This document shows, piece by piece, positions 47,574 to 59,260 of a stretch of DNA of 64,000 nucleotides (within the stretch, counting starts at the first letter, position 1; each line of letters starts with the position of its first letter). The notes under the pieces were generated by a model. That model did no database searches and had not been told where the DNA came from. It saw only the letters and a list, made by a program, of their open reading frames with translations. The translations under genes and the position numbers were made by a program. Source of the DNA: Heteronotia binoei (Eukaryota); the NCBI RefSeq assembly GCF_032191835.1, contig NC_083232.1, forward strand, positions 69,750,001-69,814,000, in the 5' to 3' direction.

Positions 47574-47767
47574 CAATGTTCCCTCTAAGCTGTGGAGCCT
47601 TGTGAGCAGAGATTCTACTTTGTGAGCTACTAGCACTAAAGTTGTGAGCTACGGCATAAATTAGTTTGTTCTGGGGCCATTCTTCATGAGCTAAGACAAA
47701 ATTCTGTGAGCCAGAAGCTAAAAAACTGTGAACTAGCTCACACTAACTCAGCTTAGAGGGAACACTG
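47574..47767 (-). mobile_element. hAT MITE with perfect 8-bp TSD
   Basis: TIRs caatgttccctctaagct / agcttagagggaacactg, TSD GTTAAGAC at 47566-47573 and 47768-47775. Same family at 33586-33773 and 44110-44302. Confidence 0.9.
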
Positions 47768-48706
47768 GTTAAGACTACCCCGTAAATATTATTTGAGAGT
47801 AGGGGAAACACATAATACACTTTCATTGTTGAGCATGTGTAAAATGCAAGATGGTACAAAAACTTTGATGCGAAACATTTGGAGTGACTTCCTTGTCCTA
47901 GGGTGGATTTAAATGACTCCATACCACCTCTTGCATGGCAGAATGTTTTTTCCCCCAGCAAATCCAAGGTTGATAGCTTGAATGATGGCCTGTATTGTAG
48001 TAATAATAGTAATAATATTTAATTTGTATTCCGCCCTCCCCGCCAAAGCAGGCTCAGGGTGGCTATTGTATTGTACCACTCTGCTAAAATTATAGAACCT
48101 TCAAATGGCTCTTCCTCCACTTGAGTTGTATTTATCTGTTTAGATATTAATTTCTTATTTTTCCCCCTAATGGGAACTCAAAGCAGCTCACAATATTGTT
48201 GTCCTCCTCCTCCTTTTTATCCTCCAAATAAACTGATTGATGGTAGGTTAGGTTGAGACTGTAACTAGCCCAAGATTACAGTAAATTTCTGTGGCAAAAT
48301 GGAGGCTCAATCTTAGGACGCCAAGATCCTGGTCAAACCAATACACCATGCTGGAGAAAGGCTTCAAGCTTTGCTGAGTTTAGTGGAAGGTTACAAGCCA
48401 ATATATTTACGTGAATTCATGCCTGATGTATGAAAGCTGGTCTACATGAGCATGCTTATCACTTGCAGCATCAAGCAGTCATTTGTATGTGTGAACAGGT
48501 TATCACTTGTCTGAGATGAGACAATTTTTATATCTCATATCTTCTTGTTGGATTCACTTTACCCTTTCAGCTGCCAGTCATCAAATGCAGAGAAATATGA
48601 TGGTATGCATGTATGTGTGAACAGGCTGGTCCCTTAACCCATTTTGCGTTTCTATATATTATCAGTGGCGTTAAAATAACTCCATATGTGCCTTTTATTT
48701 GTGTAG

Positions 48707-48853
48707 GTTATCTGTATGGGGGCAAAGCAGAATGGCTTACCAAATGACTATCAGAAGAAACTAGAAACTATAGAGACAAACAACTATACAGGAAGTGTGC
48801 CAGTGTTTGAAGAAATTGAAGCTGCTGTCAGTGCTTCTGAGAAGACAACATAA
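48707..48853 (+). CDS. GGCT: GGCT coding exon 4 to stop; total CDS 597 nt, 198 aa
   Basis: VICMGAKQNGLPNDYQKKLETIETNNYTGSVPVFEEIEAAVSASEKTT* versus human IICMGAKENGLPLEYQEKLKAIEPNDYTG. Acceptor gtgtag|. Exon phases join in frame. Confidence 0.96.
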   Translation, partial: VICMGAKQNGLPNDYQKKLETIETNNYTGSVPVFEEIEAAVSASEKTT

Positions 48854-49667
48854 TAAAATAACTATTTGGAACAAATCTGTTTTTGTTTATCTGTCTTGAT
48901 TGACTATTTATTTGAGCATAATTTTCATGCAAATCTTTATAATTATTAAAATGCACTTTAAATGGAGTCTTGTTTAGTACCTTCTGGATGCCTGGTTTAA
49001 CAGGACAATCCAAAATAGAATTTGTATCTAAGCACGTTGACTTCCATGGATGTGAAATGAGGTAACACAACCTGGAATTTTCTGTAAGTACTGAAATGTA
49101 AGTTCCTGATTGCAATGTTTACATGGTGCTGTAAAGTCCACCGTGTTTAACCCTTTTTCTGCTTCATTTTCTGTAGCTTATAAAACAAGATGGTCATTCA
49201 TAATTCTGCTTTAGTAGAATACCAACCTTGTTTTCATACTGCTAGCTAAAATAGCATTTGGAAATGATGCTGTCCACATAGCCTCTTGTTGATTTAGCTC
49301 CTTTTACCCTGCTTTTCTTCCCAATTTGAACCCAAAGCAGTTCCTCCCTCTGCCTGTTTTATCCTCACAACAGTCCTGTGAGGTAGATGAAACTGAGAGG
49401 TACTGTTGCCCAGTGAGTTTCCACGGCAGAGTGAGGAGTTGCACCTGCAGCTGGTGTCTCTCAGATCTTAAGCCTAACACTCTGTGCCCTGCTGGCCTTT
49501 CATATGACCTCCTGATGGCACTTGGGGGTTTTTTGGCCACTGTGTGACAGTGTTGGACTGGATGGGCCATTGGCCTGATCCAACATGGCTTCTCTTATGT
49601 TCTTATGTTGTTCTTGGCTAACCATATGACATCCAATTTCTTTATCATGCTGTCTGCCTTCATTAAA

Positions 49668-49964
49668 GCGGCCCTGTGGTGCAGAGTGGTAAAGCAGCAG
49701 TACTGCAGTACTGAGGTCTGAACTCTGCTCACGACCTGAGTTTGATTCTGGCGGAAGCTGGATTCAGGTAGCTGGCCCAAGGTTGACTCAACCTTCCATC
49801 CTTCCGAGGTTGGTAAAATGAGTACCCAGCTTGCTGGGAGGAAAGTGTAAAAGACGGGAAGGCAATGGCAAACCACCACATAAAAAGTCTGTCATGAAAA
49901 CGTTGTAAAAGCAACCCCAGAGTCGGCAACGACTGGTGCTTGCACAGGGGACCTTTCCTTTCCT
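49668..49964 (+). mobile_element. Sauria SINE (Squam1), full length
   Basis: tRNA-like head gccctgtggtgcagagtggtaaag...gagtttgattc, body ggttgactcaaccttccatccttccgaggttggtaaaatgagtacccag, (CCTTT) tail. 12-bp repeat ctgccttcatta at 49654-49665 and 49963-49974. Confidence 0.88.
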
Positions 49965-50500
49965 GCCTTCATTAGTGCACCATTAAAAAAAACTTTATAT
50001 AAATGCATCTTTTAACAATAGGCATTTTACTTTTAAGAATCTACTGAATTATGTAGGGAGAAGTCATTCTGGAGGGTACAGCAGCATGAATGCTGATGCT
50101 AGAAACCGTTTTGTTAATCTTTGAGGTTCTGCTGGGCTCCTGTTTTATTCTCCCAAAAAAGTTGTTTCTGTATGAGTCCAACTGATCCATAACTCAAGAG
50201 ATTCTTGAACTCCTCCAACCGCTTTCCTTTATCAAAGCTGCTGATCTGTGCAAACAGGAGGGCCGGGGAGAGAAGGAAAGATAGTGGAAGAATTTGTGAC
50301 AGCTCTTTGGTGCAGCTGGTCTCACGCTCTTTGCAGCAGTGTAAAAGGGGTAATGAAATAAAAATAAATGTTAAAGGGATATACTTGCGAAGAAACAACA
50401 CACCACTTCCCGCCCTAACTCAAAACACAGGCACCGCCCATCCGTTACCCAATAAACCCATTTGTTATTTTACACGGCTGAAATATAGAAACCTCTATGG

Positions 50501-50840
50501 CAGGGGTGGCCAAACTGGCTTGGGAGCCACATGTGGCTCTTTCACACACATTGTGTGGCTCTCAATGCCCCCATTGCCCTGGCTGGCTTGGAGAAGACAT
50601 TTGTCTCTTTAAATCTCCTCTCCAAGTCAGCTGGCAGTTTAGAGAATGCATTTAAAGATAAAGTTGCTTTCTTTCTACCTCTTCTTCCTTCCCCATCTAT
50701 TTTCCTTCCTTCCTTCCAGTCTTGCTGCTCTAAAACATCTCATGTTAATATCTTGCAGCTCTCAGACATCTGACGTTCATGTCTTGCGGCTCTCGGACAT
50801 CAGATGTGGCTCTTATGTTAAGCAAGTTTGGCCATCCCTG
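50501..50840. mobile_element. hAT MITE abutting the NOD1 CpG island
   Basis: TIRs caggggtggccaaact / agtttggccatccctg, perfect TSD CTCTATGG at 50493-50500 and 50841-50848. Confidence 0.9.
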
Positions 50841-50859
50841 CTCTATGGCTTCCCCAGGT

Positions 50860-51270
50860 TGTATTTCCCGGCTCTTTCCCGCGTTTGTTTGTTGCCACCC
50901 CGCCTCCTCCCGCGGTCTCCACCTCCTCGCTCTGTTTTTCCTGCCCACCGGAGCTCGGCTCCTGCAGAGGGCACTGCGAGGCTCAACCCACCGCCTGGCA
51001 AGGAGGCCGGACCTTTCTCCTGTTCCAGCTCCTGGGGGCGGGGGCTTCAAGGGACGCGGAGCAGGGCAGGGAGGTTGGAGAGAAGCCGCCGCCGGAGCTG
51101 CAGCCGTGCTCGCCTTCTTTCGCCCGGCGCCGCCTCGCTGGAGGGTAAGTTGTGGCTGCGCGCGCACCCACTGGGGGACTATAGGCAGGGGGAGAAGGGG
51201 AGCTGGCCTGATGTGGGCAGGGCACAGCGGCAGAATATGAACCACCCCCCCCCCCCCCGCCCGAGAACAG
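50860..51270 (+). promoter_or_regulatory. NOD1: NOD1 CpG-island promoter and probable non-coding exon 1 (donor at 51144/51145)
   Basis: CpG-dense, GC box ggggcgggg at ~51034, strong donor GAGG|GTAAGT. It lies ~11 kb upstream of the NOD1 CARD exon on the same strand. Confidence 0.7.
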
Positions 51271-51299
51271 GTGCTGAGCTGTTGGGAGAAAAGTAGATT

Positions 51300-51470
51300 C
51301 AGGTGGGCAGCCCTGTTGATCTGAAGCTGGAGACCAAATTGGTACCTTTAAGGCCAGCAAAGTTTAATTCTGGGTATTATACGCTTTATTATGCACGCAC
51401 ACCCATACCTTCAGTTAAAAACTTGGTTGGTCTTAAAGATGCCATCCTGGACTCAAACTTCGTTCTGCTG
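51300..51470. mobile_element. Inverted (back-to-back) pair of Penelope pLTR fragments
   Basis: 51300-51402 is the reverse complement of the pLTR up to the stem II palindrome (atgcacgcacac). 51405-51470 is the forward pLTR (ataccttcagttaaaaacttggttggtcttaaagatgcc...ggactcaaacttcgttctgctg). Confidence 0.75.
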
Positions 51471-53138
51471 TTGGAAGAAAAGTTGCTCTTCGCCTCCGCT
51501 CGGCAGGAGTTTCGCCTTCAAAGGCAAATGCCTGATGGGGGGTGGGTGGAGGGGAGTTGGGAGGTGTAGGAGAGAAAGCAAAAGTTGAACATCTCGCCAG
51601 TGCCCTGTGAATGGATCCAGCAGTAGTGAAGCCAGTGGCGTGTGGCCTTTCTCCCTGCCCGACGCCACACCCCTGACGGATCGCGACTCTTTACGGAGTG
51701 GCTTTGGGGATACAGTGAACTTTAAGCAGGAGGAAAGGGTTTCGCTGCTTGGTCGGGCAGAGGGGGAGGGGGACTGGCCCCACCCCCGCCAGAAAATATC
51801 CTGCGTAAGGGGGATTGTTTGGGGCGGCTGGAACCAGAGAGGCTGCCCATTTTTCTTGTCTTCATTTCAGGATGCCGATTTTTAAAAAGAAAGGAAGGAT
51901 ACACTAACTTGAAATTGTAAAATTGAAAGTACCATACTGCTGAATATGTTATGTATTGTTTTGTATTGTTTTAAATGATATTGAGAATATCAATGATGAT
52001 TTCATTTTTGTAATTTTGATAAAATAAAAAATATATTGGGGGGAGGGGGAGAAAGGATACAGAGGTCCGGCTGAAGGTGGTGTGTGTGTGTGTGTGCAAA
52101 TATCATGAAGACTAGCAGCAGAGCAGGGTGTTCAAAGTAAGCGAGCCCCCAAACCCGCCCCTGTCGCACTTTTGAATTAGACAGTTCTTTGCAACCACTT
52201 TGCTCCTTCAAAATCCAGTCCAAGGGATACCTTTTTATCAAGAACCAACCAGCATGACCAAAAAGAGTGCACAAGTTTCTGAGTTCCCCAGAACTCTTCA
52301 TCAGACTGGATGGGGGGGGGGGGAATTGTTTAGGGGGGAGGTGACCCTGATCATTTATCTTAAGACCTGGATGTGCCAGCATCCTCTGCAAAGTGCTGTG
52401 CAGGGCAGGCAGACTTAATGCTGCTTGTATTAAGTTGCCCTACAGGCTTCAGGGAACAAGAAGTGACAAATGGTTTCTTTCTGTAGGTAGGGATGCCAGT
52501 CTCCAGGTGGGACCTGGGGATCCCCTGGGATTACAGTTTGTCTCCAGACTACAGAGATTAATTCTCCTGGAGAAAAGGGATGCTTTGGGGGTTGGACTCT
52601 CAGGCATTCCACCCCACTGAGGTCCCTGTCCTCCCCAAGCCCCATCCCCAAATCTCCAAGAGTTTCCCAGCCTGCATCTGGCAACCCTCCCCACATCCCC
52701 CATCGGTGGCCAGGGGGTACCAGGCAACCCTACTGGTAGGCAATACAAGGGCCAGCTAATAGCCTCCAAATCACTCTTTTATGATTGGACCCTTACCTCC
52801 ATGGCAGCCATTTTGTTGTGTCGTTGTTCCTTAAAAATTCTGAAAGTATCCAAAGGCTCACCAAGGTTGGATACCCCCTAACCTAGCTATGTGTTGTCTT
52901 AAAAAGTCTTCTCAAGCTGTTGTCCTCAAACAGCTTCATTCGATTAGAAAATTCATGTGGGGCTAAGTCTTTCAGGGCCCTGACCTGGATCATCCAAGCT
53001 AGCCCATTCTCATCAGATCTTGGAACCTTAGGACTTGGCTGGGAGACCATCAAGGAAGTCCAGGGTTGCTGCGCAGAATGAAAAGGCATTGCCAGTCAGA
53101 GCAGATGGCACTGAACTAGATGGATGAATGGTCTAAGT

Positions 53139-53620
53139 CAGGGGTGTCAAATTTGCGACCCTGGGGCCAAATCAAGCCCCCAGAGGGCTCCTATCAGCCC
53201 CCTGAGCAACTGGCTGTCATTTGCTTCCTTCTCTCTCACTCGCTTCCTTCTGCATCACAGCTTGCTTTGCCAGGCTTCTTGTTCAGTCACACAGCAGAGC
53301 TACTGAGCCAAGCCTCACTTCCTTCTGTTGGCTGAGGCTCTTCCCCCTCCTTCTTCCCTGAATAAGGAGGGAAAGAACCAGAGCTTCCTTTGCCCTACAC
53401 AATAGAGACACAAAGAAAGCACCTTTAAGACCAATGAGCGCTAATGTTGTAAGCATGTTTTATTTTAAGCTTTTAAAAAATCTTTGTGTTTGTCTGTATC
53501 CTTTATAAAGTTTATATCTCTGCTACCTGGCATTACATTTTATGAAACACATGGCCCGACCTGACAAGGTTTTATTTATGTCATTTCCGGCCCTCATAAC
53601 AAATAAGTTCGACACCTCTG
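53139..53620. mobile_element. hAT MITE with perfect 8-bp TSD in NOD1 intron
   Basis: TIRs caggggtgtcaaa / ttcgacacctctg, TSD GTCTAAGT at 53131-53138 and 53621-53628. Confidence 0.9.
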
Positions 53621-56600
53621 GTCTAAGTCAATTTCAAGGCAGAGTCATATTTTTCAAATATAAGCAGTACTGTGGCAGGATCGATTCTAGCGTTTTTGGT
53701 GCCCTAGCTGGCCCTGGACTTTGCTGCGTTCCCACTGTGCACAGAGCTACTGTGACCCAGCTGCCCCCTGCCATGACATAGCAGCATGGAGAGCTGGGCA
53801 GGTATGGAGCCACTGCTGCCACTGGCAGCCACCTTTTCTTCCTCCATCTGTCCATCAAGGACTTGGAGCCGGGGCAGGAGAAAGCAGCCTGGGTGAATGC
53901 AACCTGGTATCCCCTGCCACAGATGATCGTGTGGTGCACCTGGGTGGCATTGCTGGAACAAGTGGTGCTACCTGGGGCTGCCACTTGGCACAGCTAATCC
54001 TGTCCTGGCCAGAACCTGGCCTGAATCTCTTTTGGTACTTCATCATCCTTTCAGCTTAAGCAGTTGCCTAGGTCTGTCTAATGTATAAGCCAGATCTTGG
54101 TGTAAATTGCAGCTAGGGCAAACATTGGTTAGCATTAAATTTGGATTTGAAATGTGTTTTGTAGTGCTATCCTAGGCAGAGTTATACCCTCTTCTGAACC
54201 TATTGATTCAGTGTCAAAGTCAAAGTACTTTATTGGTGTAGCATCGGCCATAACAACCCAGCAAACCCCACAAAATATACAGTTTACATCAGCCATAAAA
54301 ATTAAAATATAAAAAATACATAGCAAAATACAGTACCATGAACAAGATTTAAAACATATATAATAAAACGTGACAGAATGAGACTATAACTTGACCAAAA
54401 CTCTTGTATGGGTGGCTGTAGTTATCTTCTTCCTTATTTTCATTGCTAAAAACATGAAAGTAACTACCTTAAGGGTAACATCTGGAATGGCATCAGCCAA
54501 TAAAAATTTAATACATTCCTCTTCTGATTTAAACTTTGTGAGAAATTGATTCAGCAGTTTATTTCGAACGGGCCCATGAAATGGACAGGATAGACTTCAG
54601 TGCATTTGACTTTAGTGGATTTAGAAGAATGTAACATGGTTTAGAATTGAATTGATAGGTCCCAAGATAAGAGAAACTCCAGTTGGTCTTGATATTGGTG
54701 CCAAATAGCTGCTTAGCCATAGAATCATAGAGTTGGAAGGGACCTCCAGGGTCATCTGGTTCAACCCCCATGTTAGCCATGTTTTGTGGATTGTTGTTTC
54801 CAATTTGGTAGTCGATTAGTGCTGAGTTTGCACCGATCCCAAACTCTAGAAGTAGCTTAGGGGGAGAAGAGGCTTTCAGTCAAGACTGGGCACTGCCTAG
54901 GAAGCAGCATCAAAGCCAGTTTTATCTATGAAAATATTTTAAATGATAGAGACTATATTAGCAATTTTGATACTTTTTCCTGAGTCTAAATTTTCACCAG
55001 GGTAGTTATTGTATGTAAAAAAAAAATCAAATCTCTGTACATAGTAAACTGAAAAGATTTAATAATAATAGACACTGTACTATTCCTGCTCTTTTGGGAC
55101 TGCAATCCAGTCCTGAAGCTTCTGGTTTCTATGGGAAGAGGCATACCCTTGTCTCAGGAATTTGTGACATGTTTATGTTAGGCAATTCATACATTAAAAT
55201 GCATCAGCCACTCTTTAGCCAAAACCCCAAGGCAGACAAACAATCAAAAGCAAACATGAAAAGAGTTCTTCAGATATCACCTCCAAGCAAAGAGGAATCC
55301 ACAGCTTTAATTTTTTGTTCCTGATGGCTAAGAAAGATTTCCTACTCATTACTATTATGCAATTTCATTTAAAAATTTCAAGATAGAGCCTCTTGAGTCA
55401 TTTTACATAAAGAATTGGTTCCAAAGAGCTTCTTTAGTTGTCCAGATCTGTGTATACAAATGCATAGCAACATCCTAATTAATAAACATGGCTTGGGATC
55501 TACAAACATAGTTACATTCCTGCCTGTCACTGAAAATATCCCATTCCCCCAGTCTGAGAACTGTTCTAGTAATGGGGCTGTTGGGCTTTGCATGTTACAG
55601 CAGGTTCTGGGAGATAACAAAACAGACATTGGTCTGGAGTCTTTAAAAATGAAAGTTTAAAAGTTAAGATTTTGCTGACTGGCCGACCTTTGAACCTGTC
55701 ATTAATACAGCATTTATTAAGCCCTGCGGATGGGTCTGAGTAGCAATAAATATCTTGAAATAAGTAAATGCATCCTGTGAAATAAATATAAATAGAGCTT
55801 TGAAAATGTTCACAGTCATGAGGACTAGAAACTTCATTTTGAAAAGATTGTAAGCCAAATTGCCCTCAAATGAGGTAGGGGAACTTATTTAGGTGGCAAG
55901 GATGGCTAATTTAGTGGGGTCAACAACCTTTGTATACCAGAGTGGGTCTTCCCAAATGCTCAAACCAAATAATGGGGAGATGATAAACTAAAAGTGGGTA
56001 CTTATGGGAAAATAGTTCAATTATACAAGAATAAAAACACACCACAAACATACAGTTCCTAAGAAATATAGTGGTGAATAATTGGATAGGGAAACACAAA
56101 GGTGAAAACACAGACAAGACAATACTATACTTCTCGTCTTCAGAAGAGATGATTCCAGGAGCGACTGAAGAAGGGGGAGGGGGAAGCAAATAATGGCCAG
56201 CATACTTTGCCAATTAAAAGGGACCCAAAAAGTGATCAGATTTCTGGGGGTGGCCCAAACAGAAAGCTAGGGGTATTGTAAGAGACACACCAGGCTGGCT
56301 CAAAGCCAGTCTAGATATAGGCAAATTCTTGACCCCAGGCAATGGCATCAGGTGACCCATGACACTATTACATGTGACCTGTGACATGTGACTCCTGATG
56401 TCACTTGAGGGACAGGCTCCCAAGTTTTAGAAAAAGGACTAATGGGGCTTGATGGGTGTTCCTATTGTTTAACCTGGTCAAAACAAAGAAATATAGGTGG
56501 GGAATTTAGATTCAATTGACTCCTATTTGTAACACCATAGCAAACACAATGGGGAAGGTCTGCATGACAGGATTAAATCTTGGGCAAGGATATCTTTCTT

Positions 56601-58699
56601 AGGCTTCTTCTTTATGTCCAGTGATCTCCTAAATGTTTGACAGGAACAGTCTTTTACTATATGTGCAGGCGTAACAGCAAGCTCTATTGTTAGCGGCTGG
56701 ATGCTTCTATTTGCATCTGCATTGACACACCCAGAGTATGTGATGCTTGCGCTTTGCTCTCATGGTGCTGAGCAGGAACAAGATGGATACAGGACCTCTT
56801 CCATCATGGCTTCTGGTGAAGGCTGCTTTTGGACACTGTCTTCTGTTGACAGGATCACGGTTGTGTTCTTCATGGCTTGGCAGCTTCTTGGGGAAGCCTG
56901 ATCTGGAGTCCTTCTGTGCAGGGGGATGCACACAGTCGCAGCAATGGTAGGAACAGGCAGGGAGTCCTGCAGGGCCTGGCTGGAAAGCTTACTATCTGGG
57001 TGCACACTAGTAAAAGGTCCTTATTTGAGCTCTTTATTATACTCACTGCTCCTTATCACTGAATGTCCATAGAAGCAATGTGTTAGTATTATATTATGAC
57101 ACAAGTTCATAACATAAGCCCACAATGACTAAAGTCCTGTAGTCCTGGCTCTGAGCCATAAATGGTGAAAAGGGGTTTGGGGGCTTACAAGATGGAAACT
57201 TAGAATTCTCTGGATTCTAATAACAATAACGAAACGGAATCTTTAAAAAGATCCACAGCATTCTCATGGAGTGTATTTTGCTTAAAGAATTGCTTTTTCG
57301 TGGTATTGCCCTGGAAATTTGCTTGATTCTTTCAGCCTAATTCTGCTCCACAGAGTTGTTGATGATGATAAAATGGAGGGGAGGATGACAATGCAAGCCT
57401 CTTCGAGTCTCTGTTGGGGAGAAAGATGGGGTATAAATGAAGTAAATAAATTATTTTTTATGAATTGCTAAAGATAAGTTATGTGTCTTATTTTTCAAGA
57501 GTGAAATAGTTCTTAAATGTGTGGATTTGTTTTTTCTTTTTTAGGTGTGTATGTGAATGCAAATTATGTTTGTAAGACTTGAAGGATGTCAACTGAGGGG
57601 GCCAAAGAGAGTCTGTGATGAGTGCCAGTATATCTTTCTTAACCTGCCTGTCTCCAGAAATGATCTCATTGTCTCCAAATGAGTTTGAACTTTTTCTTGA
57701 TTCTTCTTCCCTTTTTCTTCCTGTGCTTCTGAGAAATGGGATGGGCAACAGGAGCTGTAACAGAAACAGGAATGAGCAACTTTAACAAATATCCCCAGAT
57801 GATTTAGATGGGGTCAGAGGTTGCTCAGCTGGAAAGAAAAGGGAACCAAAACCCACTTTTTCAGTTACTAAACTGTTACATCCTTCTGTGTAGGATTTCA
57901 GTGTTTGTTCATCTGACCACATTAGTGTGCTATTTAACATATGCATACTCAGACTCTACATCACTGTTTCTCAGATGTCTGTTGACTGGTGTTCATTAAA
58001 ATATACACTCTTCACATGCACAATATGCACAATAATTTAAAGCTGTAATTGGCCAGGAGTGTCAAGACTTGTGTTGTTGTGTCCATTCAATTAAATGATG
58101 GTCAATGTTTTGAATCCATTTTTTTTCTTTTCTTCCTTGCCTGCAGATTACTGAAATGAACAACACACTTCCTTAATTTCCAATCCCCTGTTATGATTTT
58201 TGCCCATTTTTATTTTGTAGGAACTAATCTCCCTAGACTAAAACAGAATTTTAATATCAGTCAACATTTAAAATTTCAATTTTGACCTTAGAATGCCAAC
58301 TGTTCTTTAGACTTCCCGGGCAGAGTCTTAATTGTATGTTTCCTGTTCTCCCCCCCACACCACCCCAATTGGTTAACATTTCCTCCCTGATGTTTTAAGT
58401 GGGCATTAGATAGATGTAAAAATTAAGTTACATCGTTCAGTACTGTAAGAATATTTCTCTTCTCTGCAGCTGCATTGACTGCCTTAAATTGGCAACACTC
58501 TGTTGCATGTTGTGATGTTAAAATTGTGCAATGTTTGGAAGCTGTTTGCGTCAGTTTCCCCTGTGAATCAGCAGCAACCAGGATTCCTATCCAAGCTGTA
58601 TCAGTGAAATGAAAAATTGTAATGAAGTTAGATGTGTCAGAATCTGATCAGCACAGATTGTGAAAGCATGAGAGTTTTGGTCAGGGTCTGAGGTTTATT

Positions 58700-59260
58700 A
58701 TTAAGACTATTTCTATACTACTTCTTCAAAGCCCTGCTCAAGGCAGCTTACAATTAAAACCCACAGTGTTTTTAATAAGCCATTCAAAACAAACCACCAG
58801 AAATAAGCAGCATAAAACCTATTTATAAAACAGCAGCAGAGCATTCAAAAGCTAATTAGGTAGGACCCCTCATGAGTAGCCTGGGTTAAAAGATGTGTTT
58901 TAGGTTGGCACCTAAATAAAGTAGAGTAGGTGTTGGGCAAGCTTTGATGGGGGGAATCCCAAAATCAAGATGCCACCAAGGGAATGCCCTGTTGCTGGCT
59001 GCAACACTCCTCACCTTTGAAGGAAGGGGTACCAAGAGCAGGGCTCAAGAGACAGATTTTAACTGGCAAGCTGGATAGTATGGGAGTATAAAAAAGAAAG
59101 GAGGATTTCCTGCAGAAGAGCCCACTTCCTGTGTTTTGCTGCATGTCACTGAGACTAACTGGGCATGCCTCTCGTAAGGAACAGAGAATCACGCAGAGAT
59201 GCCACAGACAGCCTCTTCTGGGTCCTGCTTTATCTGGAGTGACTGAATGATTCACTCATC
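58700..59260 (-). mobile_element. Old L2-like LINE 3' fragment
   Basis: Reverse-strand L2-type tail (ttattaagactatttctatac...ctgctcaaggcagcttaca) followed by degenerate ORF-end sequence. Similar remnants at ~4390-4720 and 12630-12960. Confidence 0.45.

Noticed and set aside
50646-51360. 216-, 166-, 153- and 125-aa overlapping ORFs
   Set aside because: They span a MITE and the NOD1 CpG island, so GC richness explains them.
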